DNA from: a virus
IMG/VR virus record: IMGVR_UViG_3300017728_002360
Strand: one strand, 5' to 3'
DNA: 64,000 nt
This document shows, one piece after another, positions 11,301 to 19,576 of the stretch. The notes below the pieces were generated by a model. The model saw only the letters and a list, made by a program, of their open reading frames with translations. It was not told the origin of the DNA and ran no database searches. Made by a program: the position numbers and the translations under genes. How positions within the stretch are numbered: position 1 is the first letter of the stretch; the number at the start of each line of letters is the position of its first letter.

Positions 11301-11847
11301 GTACACCTTCAACTGTATCTTTCTTGATAGGTTTTCCAACTGTGCTGTTTACCGGTAATGCCGCATTAAGAACTTTTTCAAATTGTTCTCTCCAATTGAT
11401 GTTTGACGGATCGTTCCATAGGATAGTTTGACTAGCTAGGTTAGTTCCGTTGCTGTCTACAATATCTTCTGTTGTAGCAATACTTTCAAACTTTAATAAG
11501 CCGTTAGCACATTGGTTACGTTTTGGACTGTATGATAAGAGTCTAGCTAAACGTAAAATTGATTCTCTACGTTCAGCTAACTCTAAAAAGTTTTCTCTTG
11601 CATTTAAATCTACGCGGAAAGCTAGGTTTTGACCTAGGAAAGCAATTAGGTCAATAAGTGCAAGATATTCACTTGATTCAATATAGTCGTTAAAATCTTC
11701 TGGATAGTTCTGTCTTAAATAGTTGATCATTGTTCTGCGTAAGTTATCAAAGTCATATGACTTGAACTCCGCATTTCTAAATGACTGATAGACCTTCTTC
11801 CAATCTTCAGCTAACAATAATCTATTTTGTCTATTTGTTGACGACAT
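8317..11847 (-). CDS. gp6: Baseplate wedge protein, gp6-like, with Ser-rich C-terminal tail
   Basis: N-terminal YDFDNLRRTMINYL...FNDYIESSEYLALIDLIAF...ENFLELAERRESILRLARLLSYSPKR, plus FSDGTFGNLPKG and APSTYYTQNRMVTGEDY, match T4 gp6/baseplate-J family motifs. Adjacent to a gp25-like gene. Confidence 0.85.
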   Translation of the reverse strand: MSSTNRQNRLLLAEDWKKVYQSFRNAEFKSYDFDNLRRTMINYLRQNYPEDFNDYIESSEYLALIDLIAFLGQNLAFRVDLNARENFLELAERRESILRLARLLSYSPKRNQCANGLLKFESIATTEDIVDSNGTNLASQTILWNDPSNINWREQFEKVLNAALPVNSTVGKPIKKDTVEGVPTDQYRFDSSNSDVPVYTFSKNVDGKNMQFQVVSTNVTGGVIEEEAPLPGNNLAFLYRDDGRGPGSSNTGYFAHFRQGILDQGTFNVDSPSTNQTISLEATNVNNTDIWLYKLDSIGAESESWTKVDSIEGNNIVYNSLRKSIRNIYGTLSKTQDKVDLIFSDGTFGNLPKGQFRVYYRTSINDQYNIVPSDLVAISVTIPYTSKTGNPENITLSLELKYTVDNATVSETNASIRENAPSTYYTQNRMVTGEDYQVSPLGISQEIIKTKSVNRTSSGISRYYDLLDSTGKYSSTNLYGADGIIYKDKFTEKKTFTFSTKTDVQGVIANTITPILSQKQMLNYYLTNFPKTLVADLGAKWSQKTAITNQATGSFVDVTDSTLQVGTFTSSALKFIEAGTLLKFVAPTGFHFMSNNSHALMQGNADHPNAITYKWVKVVSVTGDGRTDNDDGTGPIILNDIIPTGAILSELRPKFGKTLLSDVQSQIVDQVFAFKTFGLRYDVNLRQWRMITQNNLDITSDFSTGKTGDVTDQQLDSSWLLLFETDGEKYTITSRGQRYIFESNEEIRFYYDSTSKIFDNRTGQIIKDKINILSINTRPDSTSAFTVDYPWEVSKEYRDGDGYIDSKKVEISFFDSDSDGVVDDPETFVTVVDEATNPLTKYIFQKKYTTSDGIEDYKYMDNSSNAVQIKQSESVVGALSSYTDGQVFYLVTEGVFKIYSSTAGTLALTTDYKAYVGRDGIKFHYIHSADDDSRIDPSSSNIIDTYLLTRTYDTNFRQYLDGTLTAKPLPPSSDNLFNNYGGEINKIKSISDDVIYHPVKYKVLFGAKADAQVQANIKIVKNPDQVVNDNDIKARVISAINEYFALENWDFGDSFHFSEMATYVMNQVAPDLVNIVIVPKQDSQGFGSLYEIKSESDEVFISGATVDDVTIIDAITASKLKASGTVITGTTATTSGVTSGSSYTSGNTTSSSSSSSSSSSSSSSSSSSSGSSGSGY
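8344..8403. repeat. Tandem 15-nt repeat x4 (30-nt unit x2) encoding poly-Ser
   Basis: actgcttgaactaga / actgcttgaacttga / actgcttgaactaga / actgcttgaacttgt, read directly. Confidence 0.9.
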
Positions 11848-11869
11848 TTTGCTTTCCTTAATATAATAC

Positions 11870-11896
11870 TATTTATTTGACTTCATAATCTGCGTA
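11870..11896 (-). promoter_or_regulatory. T4-type late promoter TAAATA with upstream TACGCAG element (14-nt spacer)
   Basis: Minus strand reads TACGCAG-ATTATGAAGTCAAA-TAAATA upstream of the gp6-like start. Confidence 0.7.
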
Positions 11897-11897
11897 C

Positions 11898-12329
11898 TTA
11901 ATACGGTGCGTTATTTTCATCAAATTTTAGTCTTAAACTTTCTGAAATATTATATGGCAAATACATCAAGTCTACGTCTACTTGAAGTCCGCTTTCATAT
12001 GAATCTATGTTAATTTTACTTGCTACCACACGTGGGTCGCTGTTTACAATACTTGTAACGTTCTTTGCTATGGCTTCTTTCATTGGTTCTGTTAGCGGTT
12101 CGTGTATTGCGTCCCATATAACTGTTCCAAAAGTAGGATTCATCAGCTTTTCACCCTGTCTTATATGAAAATGATTCAGTATATCTTGTTTGATCAATGC
12201 TATGTCAAACAGGGATTTGCTGTTGTTATTTGGATTGACCGTGCTTAACCCTTTGTATGCACGATTAGTGACTACGGGTTTGCCTCTGTCTGCTGTTGGA
12301 ACTGTGATTTTTTTATATAAGTCTGCCAT
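11898..12329 (-). CDS. gp25: Baseplate wedge subunit, gp25/GPW-like
   Basis: LIKQDILNHFHIRQGEKLMNPTFGTVIWDAIHEP...DPRV is the gp25-family pattern. Size 143 aa. Confidence 0.9.
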   Translation of the reverse strand: MADLYKKITVPTADRGKPVVTNRAYKGLSTVNPNNNSKSLFDIALIKQDILNHFHIRQGEKLMNPTFGTVIWDAIHEPLTEPMKEAIAKNVTSIVNSDPRVVASKINIDSYESGLQVDVDLMYLPYNISESLRLKFDENNAPY

Positions 12330-12341
12330 AACAATATTTAC

Positions 12342-13901
12342 CTATCCTTTAAACTCCTTCTTGAACACATCTGGCGTAGTTGGGTTTGGTAGTGGATTAG
12401 TTACTGTAGTAATAGAATCCCTATCCGTAAGCACTATTTTAAATGCCAATGGGTTTAAGTTTTCATGGTGTGTCCATGGTTCTTCCTGTGGTGAACGTTG
12501 TGAAAGAATGCCTTCGATTGTGTGACCAGGTACGCGATGTACAGACAGAGCGGACGCGGTAGCGGCCGTAGCCGCCTGCGGTCCATTCATATGGATTTCG
12601 GAAGCGGTTTCTATATGGTTTCCTGAGCTGAGTATTTCTGTTGTTGAACCTGCTGTAAGTTTGTTACTAAAGCCACTATTAATATCAAGGTCCATTTCTG
12701 TTGTGATCTTTGTGCTACCACCTACAAGTATGTTTGTGTCCTTGTCTGATTCTACCTGTACCCTGCCTACAGAAAGTTTTTCACCCTTGTAATCACCTGA
12801 TGCTTTTAGGCTTAGATTAGCACCTGCTTCTATTGTGACGTTTCTGTCTGCTGTAAGGTTAAAGTCGTTTTTTGTGTGCATACTGATTGAGTCTTCAGCA
12901 AATATATCAATCTTACCATCTGAAGTTAATTCAAGCCAAGCTGTACCTCTGCTGTTACCTATGTAGATTAAATCTTCCGTGTTGTGTAATAATATTTGAT
13001 GTCCTGTACGTGTACGCAGTCTTACTAATTCGTTGTGTAATAGGTCTGACTTACCGTCGGTCTCTCCAAGGTTTACGTTTGCATATTCTGGTGCTCCGTC
13101 ACCTGCAGATTTTTTTCTTAGGTACTTGTCATTACCGTCGTCAAATACCAAACTGGTTCCGCCGAGTCTTGCCTTAAATACCGTTGTAAAGTCTTCCTTT
13201 GATCCTATCTTTGCTTTAGGCGATCCTATACTCTTGTCAATGGGTCCTGGTGTGCTTATTCCAAATACCGCACTAGGTACTTCACGTCTTGCACTTGAAC
13301 TTGTTATACCACGTGTTTCGTCGTCCAACAATCCTTGTGCCATAAGGCTATCAGTAAATTCTTTCTGATATGGCTTTTTAAATTTTGTAGGATCCTGGTG
13401 TACCGCTGTTTCAATTTTTTTATTGTATTCACCCGTTGGTAATTTCTTACCTTTTAAATAACTAGGCGTTCCGTCCGTTGTATATGTGGTTGCGGCGTTG
13501 CCAGGTACTGCAAAGTTTTGATACTGGTCATTTACACAACCTATCCAGTAACACATATTTGGATTACCTTCTGCAAATATAACAAGTACCTTTGTTCCTA
13601 CGTCTGGTGGAACAAACCACATACCGTAACTCTGTTGTGATTCCTTGTAGCTGTCATTCTTTGTGTTTGCAAACGCAGGTGTGTTACCTGCAAACGGTGA
13701 AAGATATTTTGCAGTATAAAGTTCGCCATCTGCAAACGCTTCGTTTGATGCTGTGTTTGTTTTTAATAAGTTTACAGTAAGGGCACCATGATATGTTGGA
13801 TCCAAGTTATTGATAACGATAGCCTCATACGGGCCTGGCTCCATGGTTACTATTTCATGCTTACTAGTTCTGTCTATGTTTTGATTTCTTTGTACTGCCA
13901 T
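12342..13901 (-). CDS. gp5: Baseplate hub central spike, gp5/VgrG-like (no lysozyme domain evident)
   Basis: OB-fold motif SYGMWFVPPDVGTKVLVIFAEGNPNMCYWIG, then RTRTGHQILLHN and a beta-helix-like C-terminal region. Next to gp25. Confidence 0.8.
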   Translation of the reverse strand: MAVQRNQNIDRTSKHEIVTMEPGPYEAIVINNLDPTYHGALTVNLLKTNTASNEAFADGELYTAKYLSPFAGNTPAFANTKNDSYKESQQSYGMWFVPPDVGTKVLVIFAEGNPNMCYWIGCVNDQYQNFAVPGNAATTYTTDGTPSYLKGKKLPTGEYNKKIETAVHQDPTKFKKPYQKEFTDSLMAQGLLDDETRGITSSSARREVPSAVFGISTPGPIDKSIGSPKAKIGSKEDFTTVFKARLGGTSLVFDDGNDKYLRKKSAGDGAPEYANVNLGETDGKSDLLHNELVRLRTRTGHQILLHNTEDLIYIGNSRGTAWLELTSDGKIDIFAEDSISMHTKNDFNLTADRNVTIEAGANLSLKASGDYKGEKLSVGRVQVESDKDTNILVGGSTKITTEMDLDINSGFSNKLTAGSTTEILSSGNHIETASEIHMNGPQAATAATASALSVHRVPGHTIEGILSQRSPQEEPWTHHENLNPLAFKIVLTDRDSITTVTNPLPNPTTPDVFKKEFKG

Positions 13902-13903
13902 GT

Positions 13904-16285
13904 CTATCCTGGTCCGTTAGGTTTTGCTTGTTCAACTTCTAAGTTTGCTGTTTTTGATTCTGGTGCATCTTCTGTTACACTTTGATTTGGCATACGTAAC
14001 ATCTCTAGCGTCTGACTGAATTGTCCTTGGCTAAATTCACTTGTTACTCTTGTTATTCTGTAAAGTCCACTAAACGTATCAACTTTTTCAACAAAGCCTT
14101 TTCCGTCCAACAAAGAATTATTATCCATCGATCCGTTTCTAACACGACGCTGGTCAAGTTCGTCTGGATAATCAAAAGGTGTTCTGAAGTTTAATAAAAT
14201 AAAAACCTGTTGTCTTATGTAATCCATCTGTGGTGGTTTTTGATCTGTGTCAAACATTATTGGTCCTGCATCAGCTTGATAGTTTCCTATACCGCTGTCG
14301 CTTAGGTACCAAGGATCCCCCATTATTTGTAAGTTACACTTGACCAAGTCAACGTTACTGTTGATCAGTGCATTATGGAATTCTCTTGCTATCTTATCTT
14401 TCTCGTCTCCACCAACTGCACTCATACCTGAAACAATTGGTTGTACATCTGACGCACCAACCTGTTTTACAGGAAACTTATGATCGGTGTAACTGGAACT
14501 TCCATTACCTTCAACAAGTTTCTTACCGTCTTCTGTTTTGTCTCTTGACGATTCTCCTGCAAAGTTGTGTTCTGCTACAGCACCTTTGTCTTTAGGTACT
14601 GGTGTAAAAAATCTATAGTCGTACTTGATATCAAAATTTATGATATCTTTGTTTTTACCTGTATAGATATAATTGTATTCTTTTCTTACTTCACGTATCA
14701 TTTCCTTTACACCTGGTGGATTATCACTAGGCTTCATCCATAAACTTGCATGAACCTTGTAAGGTATAATCTTGAAAAGATAAATCTTAGGCATACGTGC
14801 TTTTTTTTCTTGCACTTGTTTTACAGGAACACTAAACACCATGTGTTGTATCGTAAACCATTCTCTAAAACCCTTGTCATCTGGTTCTTTATCTAATAGT
14901 TCTTTACCAAAGGAACTTCCAACAACTAATTCCTCAATTATGTTATTAACCTTGGTTCCCTTTGTAAATTTAAATGCTCTTAGGTTAGGTGGTATTGAAA
15001 TATTACCTTGTTCATAAACATTTTTTTCTTTGTCATAACTTGCGTAATAGTTTGCTGGTCTTACTCCACCCTTGTCTAGCTTATCTTCAAGTAGCTTACC
15101 TTTTCCTATTTCGTTCATGGTTTCAATTTCTACACTTTGGGCCTTGAGTGCATCTGAGGTCTTAGATCTCTTAACACTAAATCCCGTAACATTCTTAAAC
15201 CATTCCTCATAGTTGACATCTTGCTTACCGCCTGTGTCACCGTATCTTGTTCTGTATTCCTCTTGAGGATCATACGTTGCAGATTCGCCACTATCGTTCT
15301 GTTCCGATTGTGAGTTACTACTTGCAAGATTTTCTGCCTTAGGAAATACAATAATGTATTCATCAGCAAACGCCTGTGTTTCAGTGGGTTCTCTTTCAAG
15401 TAATGTTGAATTCATTACCCTTGTTAAACTTTGGCTTCCGCTTTGTAATGCTTGTTCAACTGTGCCGCCGATAACTGTTATATCAGTTTGTAGTCTTTGT
15501 ACTGAATCTCTATTTGCCATTCCACTAGTTGCAATAGCTTCACACTCATACTTTGTTCCACCTGCATCAACTGTCATGTTAGCCCCTGACATTTGAATTG
15601 GAAAGAATCTTCTTGCTACTCTTTTTGTTTGTCCATCATCTGTGTGTCCTATAAAGTCACACATCAAACACATAGGAGCATCAATGTAACTGTTATATCC
15701 AGATGTTTGTGCCGCGATTTGTAATGCTTCTAAAAACATTCCCATACTGTAAGGTTCTGTTACTTCAAATCTAAATTGATGTACTGGGGGCATTCTACTT
15801 GGACCACCTTGACCTAGTACACTTTCTATTACTACATTGTCAATATAGTATTCAACCCTGGCTCCTAAATTCTCTTCTTGTGCAGTTGTTACTCTGCGAC
15901 CTTTTATATTTTGATTACCACCAGCACCGCTGATAATATTAATCACAGGTTCGCTTTTCATGTAGGTATCGTCTGGAAATTGCATTTCGTTTGGACTTAA
16001 ACAATACATACTCCAAACTTGGTTGTGTGTAATAAACTGATCTAAGATGTTTTCTTTTATATTAGAAGTTGTTGTGTATACAATTTTTGTAGGTTCTTTT
16101 TTGACAGGGACTTTAGCGGCATCCTGATAGCTCCCTCCGTCTATACCTTCTTCTCTATTAGTTGCTTTGCCGTCTAAAACTTCTTTTTCGTCTTTAGGGT
16201 CTACTTTATCTGGTCCTTTGGAAAAGTCTTCAGTGTAGTCTGCACCTGAATTTACAATTGATTGATCTTCTTTAGAAAGAGCCAT
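13904..16285 (-). CDS. Baseplate hub protein (gp27-like by position)
   Basis: Lies upstream of the gp5-like gene. C-terminal LQIMGDP...FSGLYRITRVTSEFSQGQFSQTLEMLR resembles hub/gpD-type proteins. Confidence 0.55.
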   Translation of the reverse strand: MALSKEDQSIVNSGADYTEDFSKGPDKVDPKDEKEVLDGKATNREEGIDGGSYQDAAKVPVKKEPTKIVYTTTSNIKENILDQFITHNQVWSMYCLSPNEMQFPDDTYMKSEPVINIISGAGGNQNIKGRRVTTAQEENLGARVEYYIDNVVIESVLGQGGPSRMPPVHQFRFEVTEPYSMGMFLEALQIAAQTSGYNSYIDAPMCLMCDFIGHTDDGQTKRVARRFFPIQMSGANMTVDAGGTKYECEAIATSGMANRDSVQRLQTDITVIGGTVEQALQSGSQSLTRVMNSTLLEREPTETQAFADEYIIVFPKAENLASSNSQSEQNDSGESATYDPQEEYRTRYGDTGGKQDVNYEEWFKNVTGFSVKRSKTSDALKAQSVEIETMNEIGKGKLLEDKLDKGGVRPANYYASYDKEKNVYEQGNISIPPNLRAFKFTKGTKVNNIIEELVVGSSFGKELLDKEPDDKGFREWFTIQHMVFSVPVKQVQEKKARMPKIYLFKIIPYKVHASLWMKPSDNPPGVKEMIREVRKEYNYIYTGKNKDIINFDIKYDYRFFTPVPKDKGAVAEHNFAGESSRDKTEDGKKLVEGNGSSSYTDHKFPVKQVGASDVQPIVSGMSAVGGDEKDKIAREFHNALINSNVDLVKCNLQIMGDPWYLSDSGIGNYQADAGPIMFDTDQKPPQMDYIRQQVFILLNFRTPFDYPDELDQRRVRNGSMDNNSLLDGKGFVEKVDTFSGLYRITRVTSEFSQGQFSQTLEMLRMPNQSVTEDAPESKTANLEVEQAKPNGPG

Positions 16286-16289
16286 ATTA

Positions 16290-16595
16290 TTATTCTCCTC
16301 CTAATGCACTTTTTAATGGTCCGCCCTTTGGAATTTTTATTGTTGTTCCGGATTTGAAATCATATATGGGATCCTCAATTATGTCCATATTTCTTTGTGC
16401 AAAAACCCACCATAGCCTTGCATTATCATAAATGTCGTGTGCTAACAGGTCTGGTCTTTGATTGTATTGTGGAGCAATGGTATATTCAACATCATCACTA
16501 CTTGCAGGTATGGCTCTAATTCTAAAGAAGTCCATATACTCTTTAGTAGCTTTGTTGAGAGGTGTATTCTTCCAAGGACTAGTTGTGTCTGACAT
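16290..16595 (-). CDS. gp53: Baseplate wedge protein, gp53-like (LysM-related)
   Basis: RPDLLAHDIYDNARLWWVFAQRN...DPIYDF...IKIP motif. Confidence 0.8.
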   Translation of the reverse strand: MSDTTSPWKNTPLNKATKEYMDFFRIRAIPASSDDVEYTIAPQYNQRPDLLAHDIYDNARLWWVFAQRNMDIIEDPIYDFKSGTTIKIPKGGPLKSALGGE

Positions 16596-17581
16596 TAAAT
16601 AAATCCTCCGTCGCCAACATATCCACCGTTAACATATTTCTTTAAACTAAATTTAGCAATATCACGTCTGCTGTAAACTGGTTGTACTGTAACTGTGATT
16701 AAACTTTGTGAAGGTGCCCAGCCTACGAAGTTACGTTTATCTTGTACCGTGCTATTACCTTGATTAGCAGGGTGTCCTGGACTGTTAGTTTGACCTGCTG
16801 TTGATGATCCTGGTAGTCCCATTGCGATATAATCAACGTCTTGTGGTAAGTCGATTGTAAACTGTGTAATAACTACAGGTACATCATTAAAAATATGTTC
16901 TCCATAACCATTTAGTTTTGCTATTGGAGGTGGTGCACCAAGTGTACTTGCTTCGCCACCAAAGAACATTTTTGTCATGCTTCTTAAATAATGTAAAGCA
17001 CCTGCCCAATAACGTGCTTCTGTACCATTCTGTACAAAAAAGTCACCTGTAATAACAAGCTGATCCACTTGTGAATTCTGATAAGCAAAATACGGATAAT
17101 TAGTATGTGTAGGCGCAATAGAATTGTAGTTGGCACTATGAGCAACAATAATTGTAGGCGTATACGGAAATACCAGTCCACCTGTTTTACGAAGTGGGGC
17201 AAGCATTGGGGCTGTATCATATGGAGACACATTGGGAATACTTAACTTAACACGCCAATCTCTTTCAACACTTTTACCAAATGTTGCATTTGCTGGACGG
17301 TTTGCATCACCAATTGATCCACCTGGATTAAGTTCTCCGTCTACTGGTACGTCACCTAAAGCTGTACGTATTTTTTTGCCAATGTCTGCACCAATATTAG
17401 AAAAGTCTAACTCCGGCATTGAGAAATTGCCTTTTGCGGCTCCTGAGTCTACAGGACTAGAACCCATGTCACCATGGTTGCTCATGTCGAATCCCATAGC
17501 ACGTTCGCGGTCGGTCATGCCGTCTGCACGAACTATATGCTCTTTGCCTATTTTACCGTCTCTAAATGTTGTTCCTGCCAT
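16595..17581 (-). CDS. Baseplate/tail-tube initiator-like protein (gp48/gp54-like)
   Basis: GLVFPYTPTI and GAPPPIAKLNGYGEHIFNDVPVVITQFTIDLPQDVDY motifs. First gene of the baseplate operon, upstream of the gp53-like gene. Confidence 0.55.
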   Translation of the reverse strand: MAGTTFRDGKIGKEHIVRADGMTDRERAMGFDMSNHGDMGSSPVDSGAAKGNFSMPELDFSNIGADIGKKIRTALGDVPVDGELNPGGSIGDANRPANATFGKSVERDWRVKLSIPNVSPYDTAPMLAPLRKTGGLVFPYTPTIIVAHSANYNSIAPTHTNYPYFAYQNSQVDQLVITGDFFVQNGTEARYWAGALHYLRSMTKMFFGGEASTLGAPPPIAKLNGYGEHIFNDVPVVITQFTIDLPQDVDYIAMGLPGSSTAGQTNSPGHPANQGNSTVQDKRNFVGWAPSQSLITVTVQPVYSRRDIAKFSLKKYVNGGYVGDGGFI

Positions 17582-17600
17582 TTTGGTTAACCTCTACAAG

Positions 17601-17627
17601 TATTTAGTTGACTTTTTTAACTACGTA
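17601..17627 (-). promoter_or_regulatory. Late promoter TAAATA with upstream TACGTAG (14-nt spacer) for the baseplate operon
   Basis: Minus strand reads TACGTAG-TTAAAAAAGTCAAC-TAAATA. Confidence 0.7.
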
Positions 17628-17636
17628 GTTTATAAT
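17608..17636 (+). promoter_or_regulatory. sigma70-type promoter for the gp55-like gene
   Basis: TTGACT (17608-13), 17-nt spacer, TATAAT (17631-36). Confidence 0.85.
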
Positions 17637-17668
17637 AATGTATTATTTAAGGTTTGGAGTAAACAAAT

Positions 17669-18502
17669 ATGAAAAGAGTGAACTATCTTAACAATAGAGA
17701 TATACTGAAAGAAATACACAGGTCCAAAAACACATTTTGCAGTTACACAGATGACGATTATGCACAATATGATATTATTTTACCTAGTGTTGACAAAATT
17801 AACATAAGAACTATAGCAGAAGCTAAAAGAAACCAGGCGAAACGGCTTGGTTTGAAGGAATATGAAGCAAGGAAGGAAGCCGGCGAGAAAGTTAAGCAGG
17901 CCGAATGTGCTGTAGACTACAAAAAGATTGCTAAAACCAACGTTATATTTAGAGTTATGACGTATGATCACGTTCCAGAAGAAAAAGGTAGGAAGAAAAA
18001 TCCTAAAACGATAGCAGATACCAAGACAAAACTTAATTTTCCACCATTTGTGCATTACAAGTTTGATGACAAGGATAACCTAGTATTGGTTGGTAAAAGC
18101 CATTGGGAAGGCGGAATGGAGAACGGATCATTTAACAAGGCACACGGACAAGCTACAAACAAGTTGGCTTTGATGTGGATGAAGCTTTGTGAACGTTATG
18201 CAACAAGAGGTAACGTTAGAGGTTACACTTATAATGACGAGATGAAAGGTCAAGCAATACTCCAACTAACACAGATTGGTTTGCAATTCGATGAATCAAA
18301 ATCTAATAACCCGTTTGCTTATTACACGGCGGCGGTTACTAATTCATTTGTAAGAATTATTAACATTGAAAAACGTAATCAAAATATTAGAGATGACATA
18401 CTTGAAATGAATCATATGAATCCTTCCTTTACTAGACAAAATCAGGGTCAGTGGGAAAAATCTGTTGAAGCACACAATAAAGAAAGTTCTGATAAGAAAT
18501 AG
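17669..18502 (+). CDS. gp55: Late-transcription sigma factor, gp55-like
   Basis: NYLNNRDIL at the N-terminus and RGYTYNDEM...FDESKSNNPFAYYTAAVTNSFVRIINIEKR. Directly upstream of gp47/gp46, as in T4-like phages. Confidence 0.85.
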   Translation: MKRVNYLNNRDILKEIHRSKNTFCSYTDDDYAQYDIILPSVDKINIRTIAEAKRNQAKRLGLKEYEARKEAGEKVKQAECAVDYKKIAKTNVIFRVMTYDHVPEEKGRKKNPKTIADTKTKLNFPPFVHYKFDDKDNLVLVGKSHWEGGMENGSFNKAHGQATNKLALMWMKLCERYATRGNVRGYTYNDEMKGQAILQLTQIGLQFDESKSNNPFAYYTAAVTNSFVRIINIEKRNQNIRDDILEMNHMNPSFTRQNQGQWEKSVEAHNKESSDKK

Positions 18503-18504
18503 TG

Positions 18505-18533
18505 TTGACTTATGCACGTTTTTCGTGTACAAT
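18505..18533 (+). promoter_or_regulatory. sigma70-type promoter for gp47/gp46
   Basis: TTGACT (18505-10), 17-nt spacer, TACAAT (18528-33). Confidence 0.8.
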
Positions 18534-18559
18534 AGTAATATTAACGGTGAGGATTAGGT

Positions 18560-19576
18560 TTGTTTAAGAAAGTAGCAGTATTTACAGATATCCATTTTGG
18601 ATTAAAGAGTAACTCTAAGATCCATAATGATGATTGTGAAGAATTCATTGATTGGTATATAGAGCAGGCGAAAGAAAACGGTTGTGAGACCGGAATCTTT
18701 TGTGGTGATTGGCATCATAATAGAAATAGTTTGAACATTACTACAATGGACGCAACTATTAGAAGCCTTGAGAAACTAGGAAAGGCTTTTGAAAAGTTTT
18801 ATTTCTTTCCTGGTAACCACGATCTATATTACAAAGACAAAAGAGATATTAATTCAATTGACTTCGGTAGACACATACCGGGTATTACAATGGTCAACGA
18901 AATGATGACCGAAGGTGATACTACACTTATACCTTGGTTGGTTGGTGATGAATGGAAAAAGATTCCTAAGATAAAAAGCAAATACATATTTGGTCACTTT
19001 GAACTTCCAAACTTTTATATGAATGCTATGGTACAGATGCCTGACACAGGTGAACTACAAGCAGATCATTTCAAGAACCAAGACTATGTATTCAGTGGTC
19101 ACTTCCATAAACGCCAAGTAAAAGGTCCAGTTCATTATATAGGTAATGCTCTTCCTCACAATTACGCAGATGCTTGGGATGATGAACGTGGTATGATGAT
19201 ACTTGAAGCTGGTGGTGAACCACAATATATCAACTGGTGGAACTGTCCGAAGTATAGAACAGTAAAACTTTCAAGATTATTAGATGAGAAAGACACACTT
19301 ATAAAAAGTAAAATGTATCTACGTGTTACATTGGACTTGCCTATTAGTTATGAAGAAGCAAACTTCATTAAAGAAACATTTATGAAGGATTATGACTGTA
19401 GAGAAATTAGTCTTATACCTAATACACAAGATGATGAAATAAATTCAGACATTGATATCACAAAGTTTGAAAGTGTGGACGAAATTGTCGCAAAAGAGAT
19501 TGAAGCAATAGACTCAGACAGCTTTGACAAAGCAAAACTACTGAGCATATATAGAGATTTGAACAAAGATGATTAA
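18560..19576 (+). CDS. gp47: Recombination endonuclease subunit (Mre11/SbcD-like)
   Basis: Metallophosphoesterase motifs DIHFG, GDWHH, GNHD, GHFE and SGHFH. TTG start. Confidence 0.92.
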   Translation: MFKKVAVFTDIHFGLKSNSKIHNDDCEEFIDWYIEQAKENGCETGIFCGDWHHNRNSLNITTMDATIRSLEKLGKAFEKFYFFPGNHDLYYKDKRDINSIDFGRHIPGITMVNEMMTEGDTTLIPWLVGDEWKKIPKIKSKYIFGHFELPNFYMNAMVQMPDTGELQADHFKNQDYVFSGHFHKRQVKGPVHYIGNALPHNYADAWDDERGMMILEAGGEPQYINWWNCPKYRTVKLSRLLDEKDTLIKSKMYLRVTLDLPISYEEANFIKETFMKDYDCREISLIPNTQDDEINSDIDITKFESVDEIVAKEIEAIDSDSFDKAKLLSIYRDLNKDD

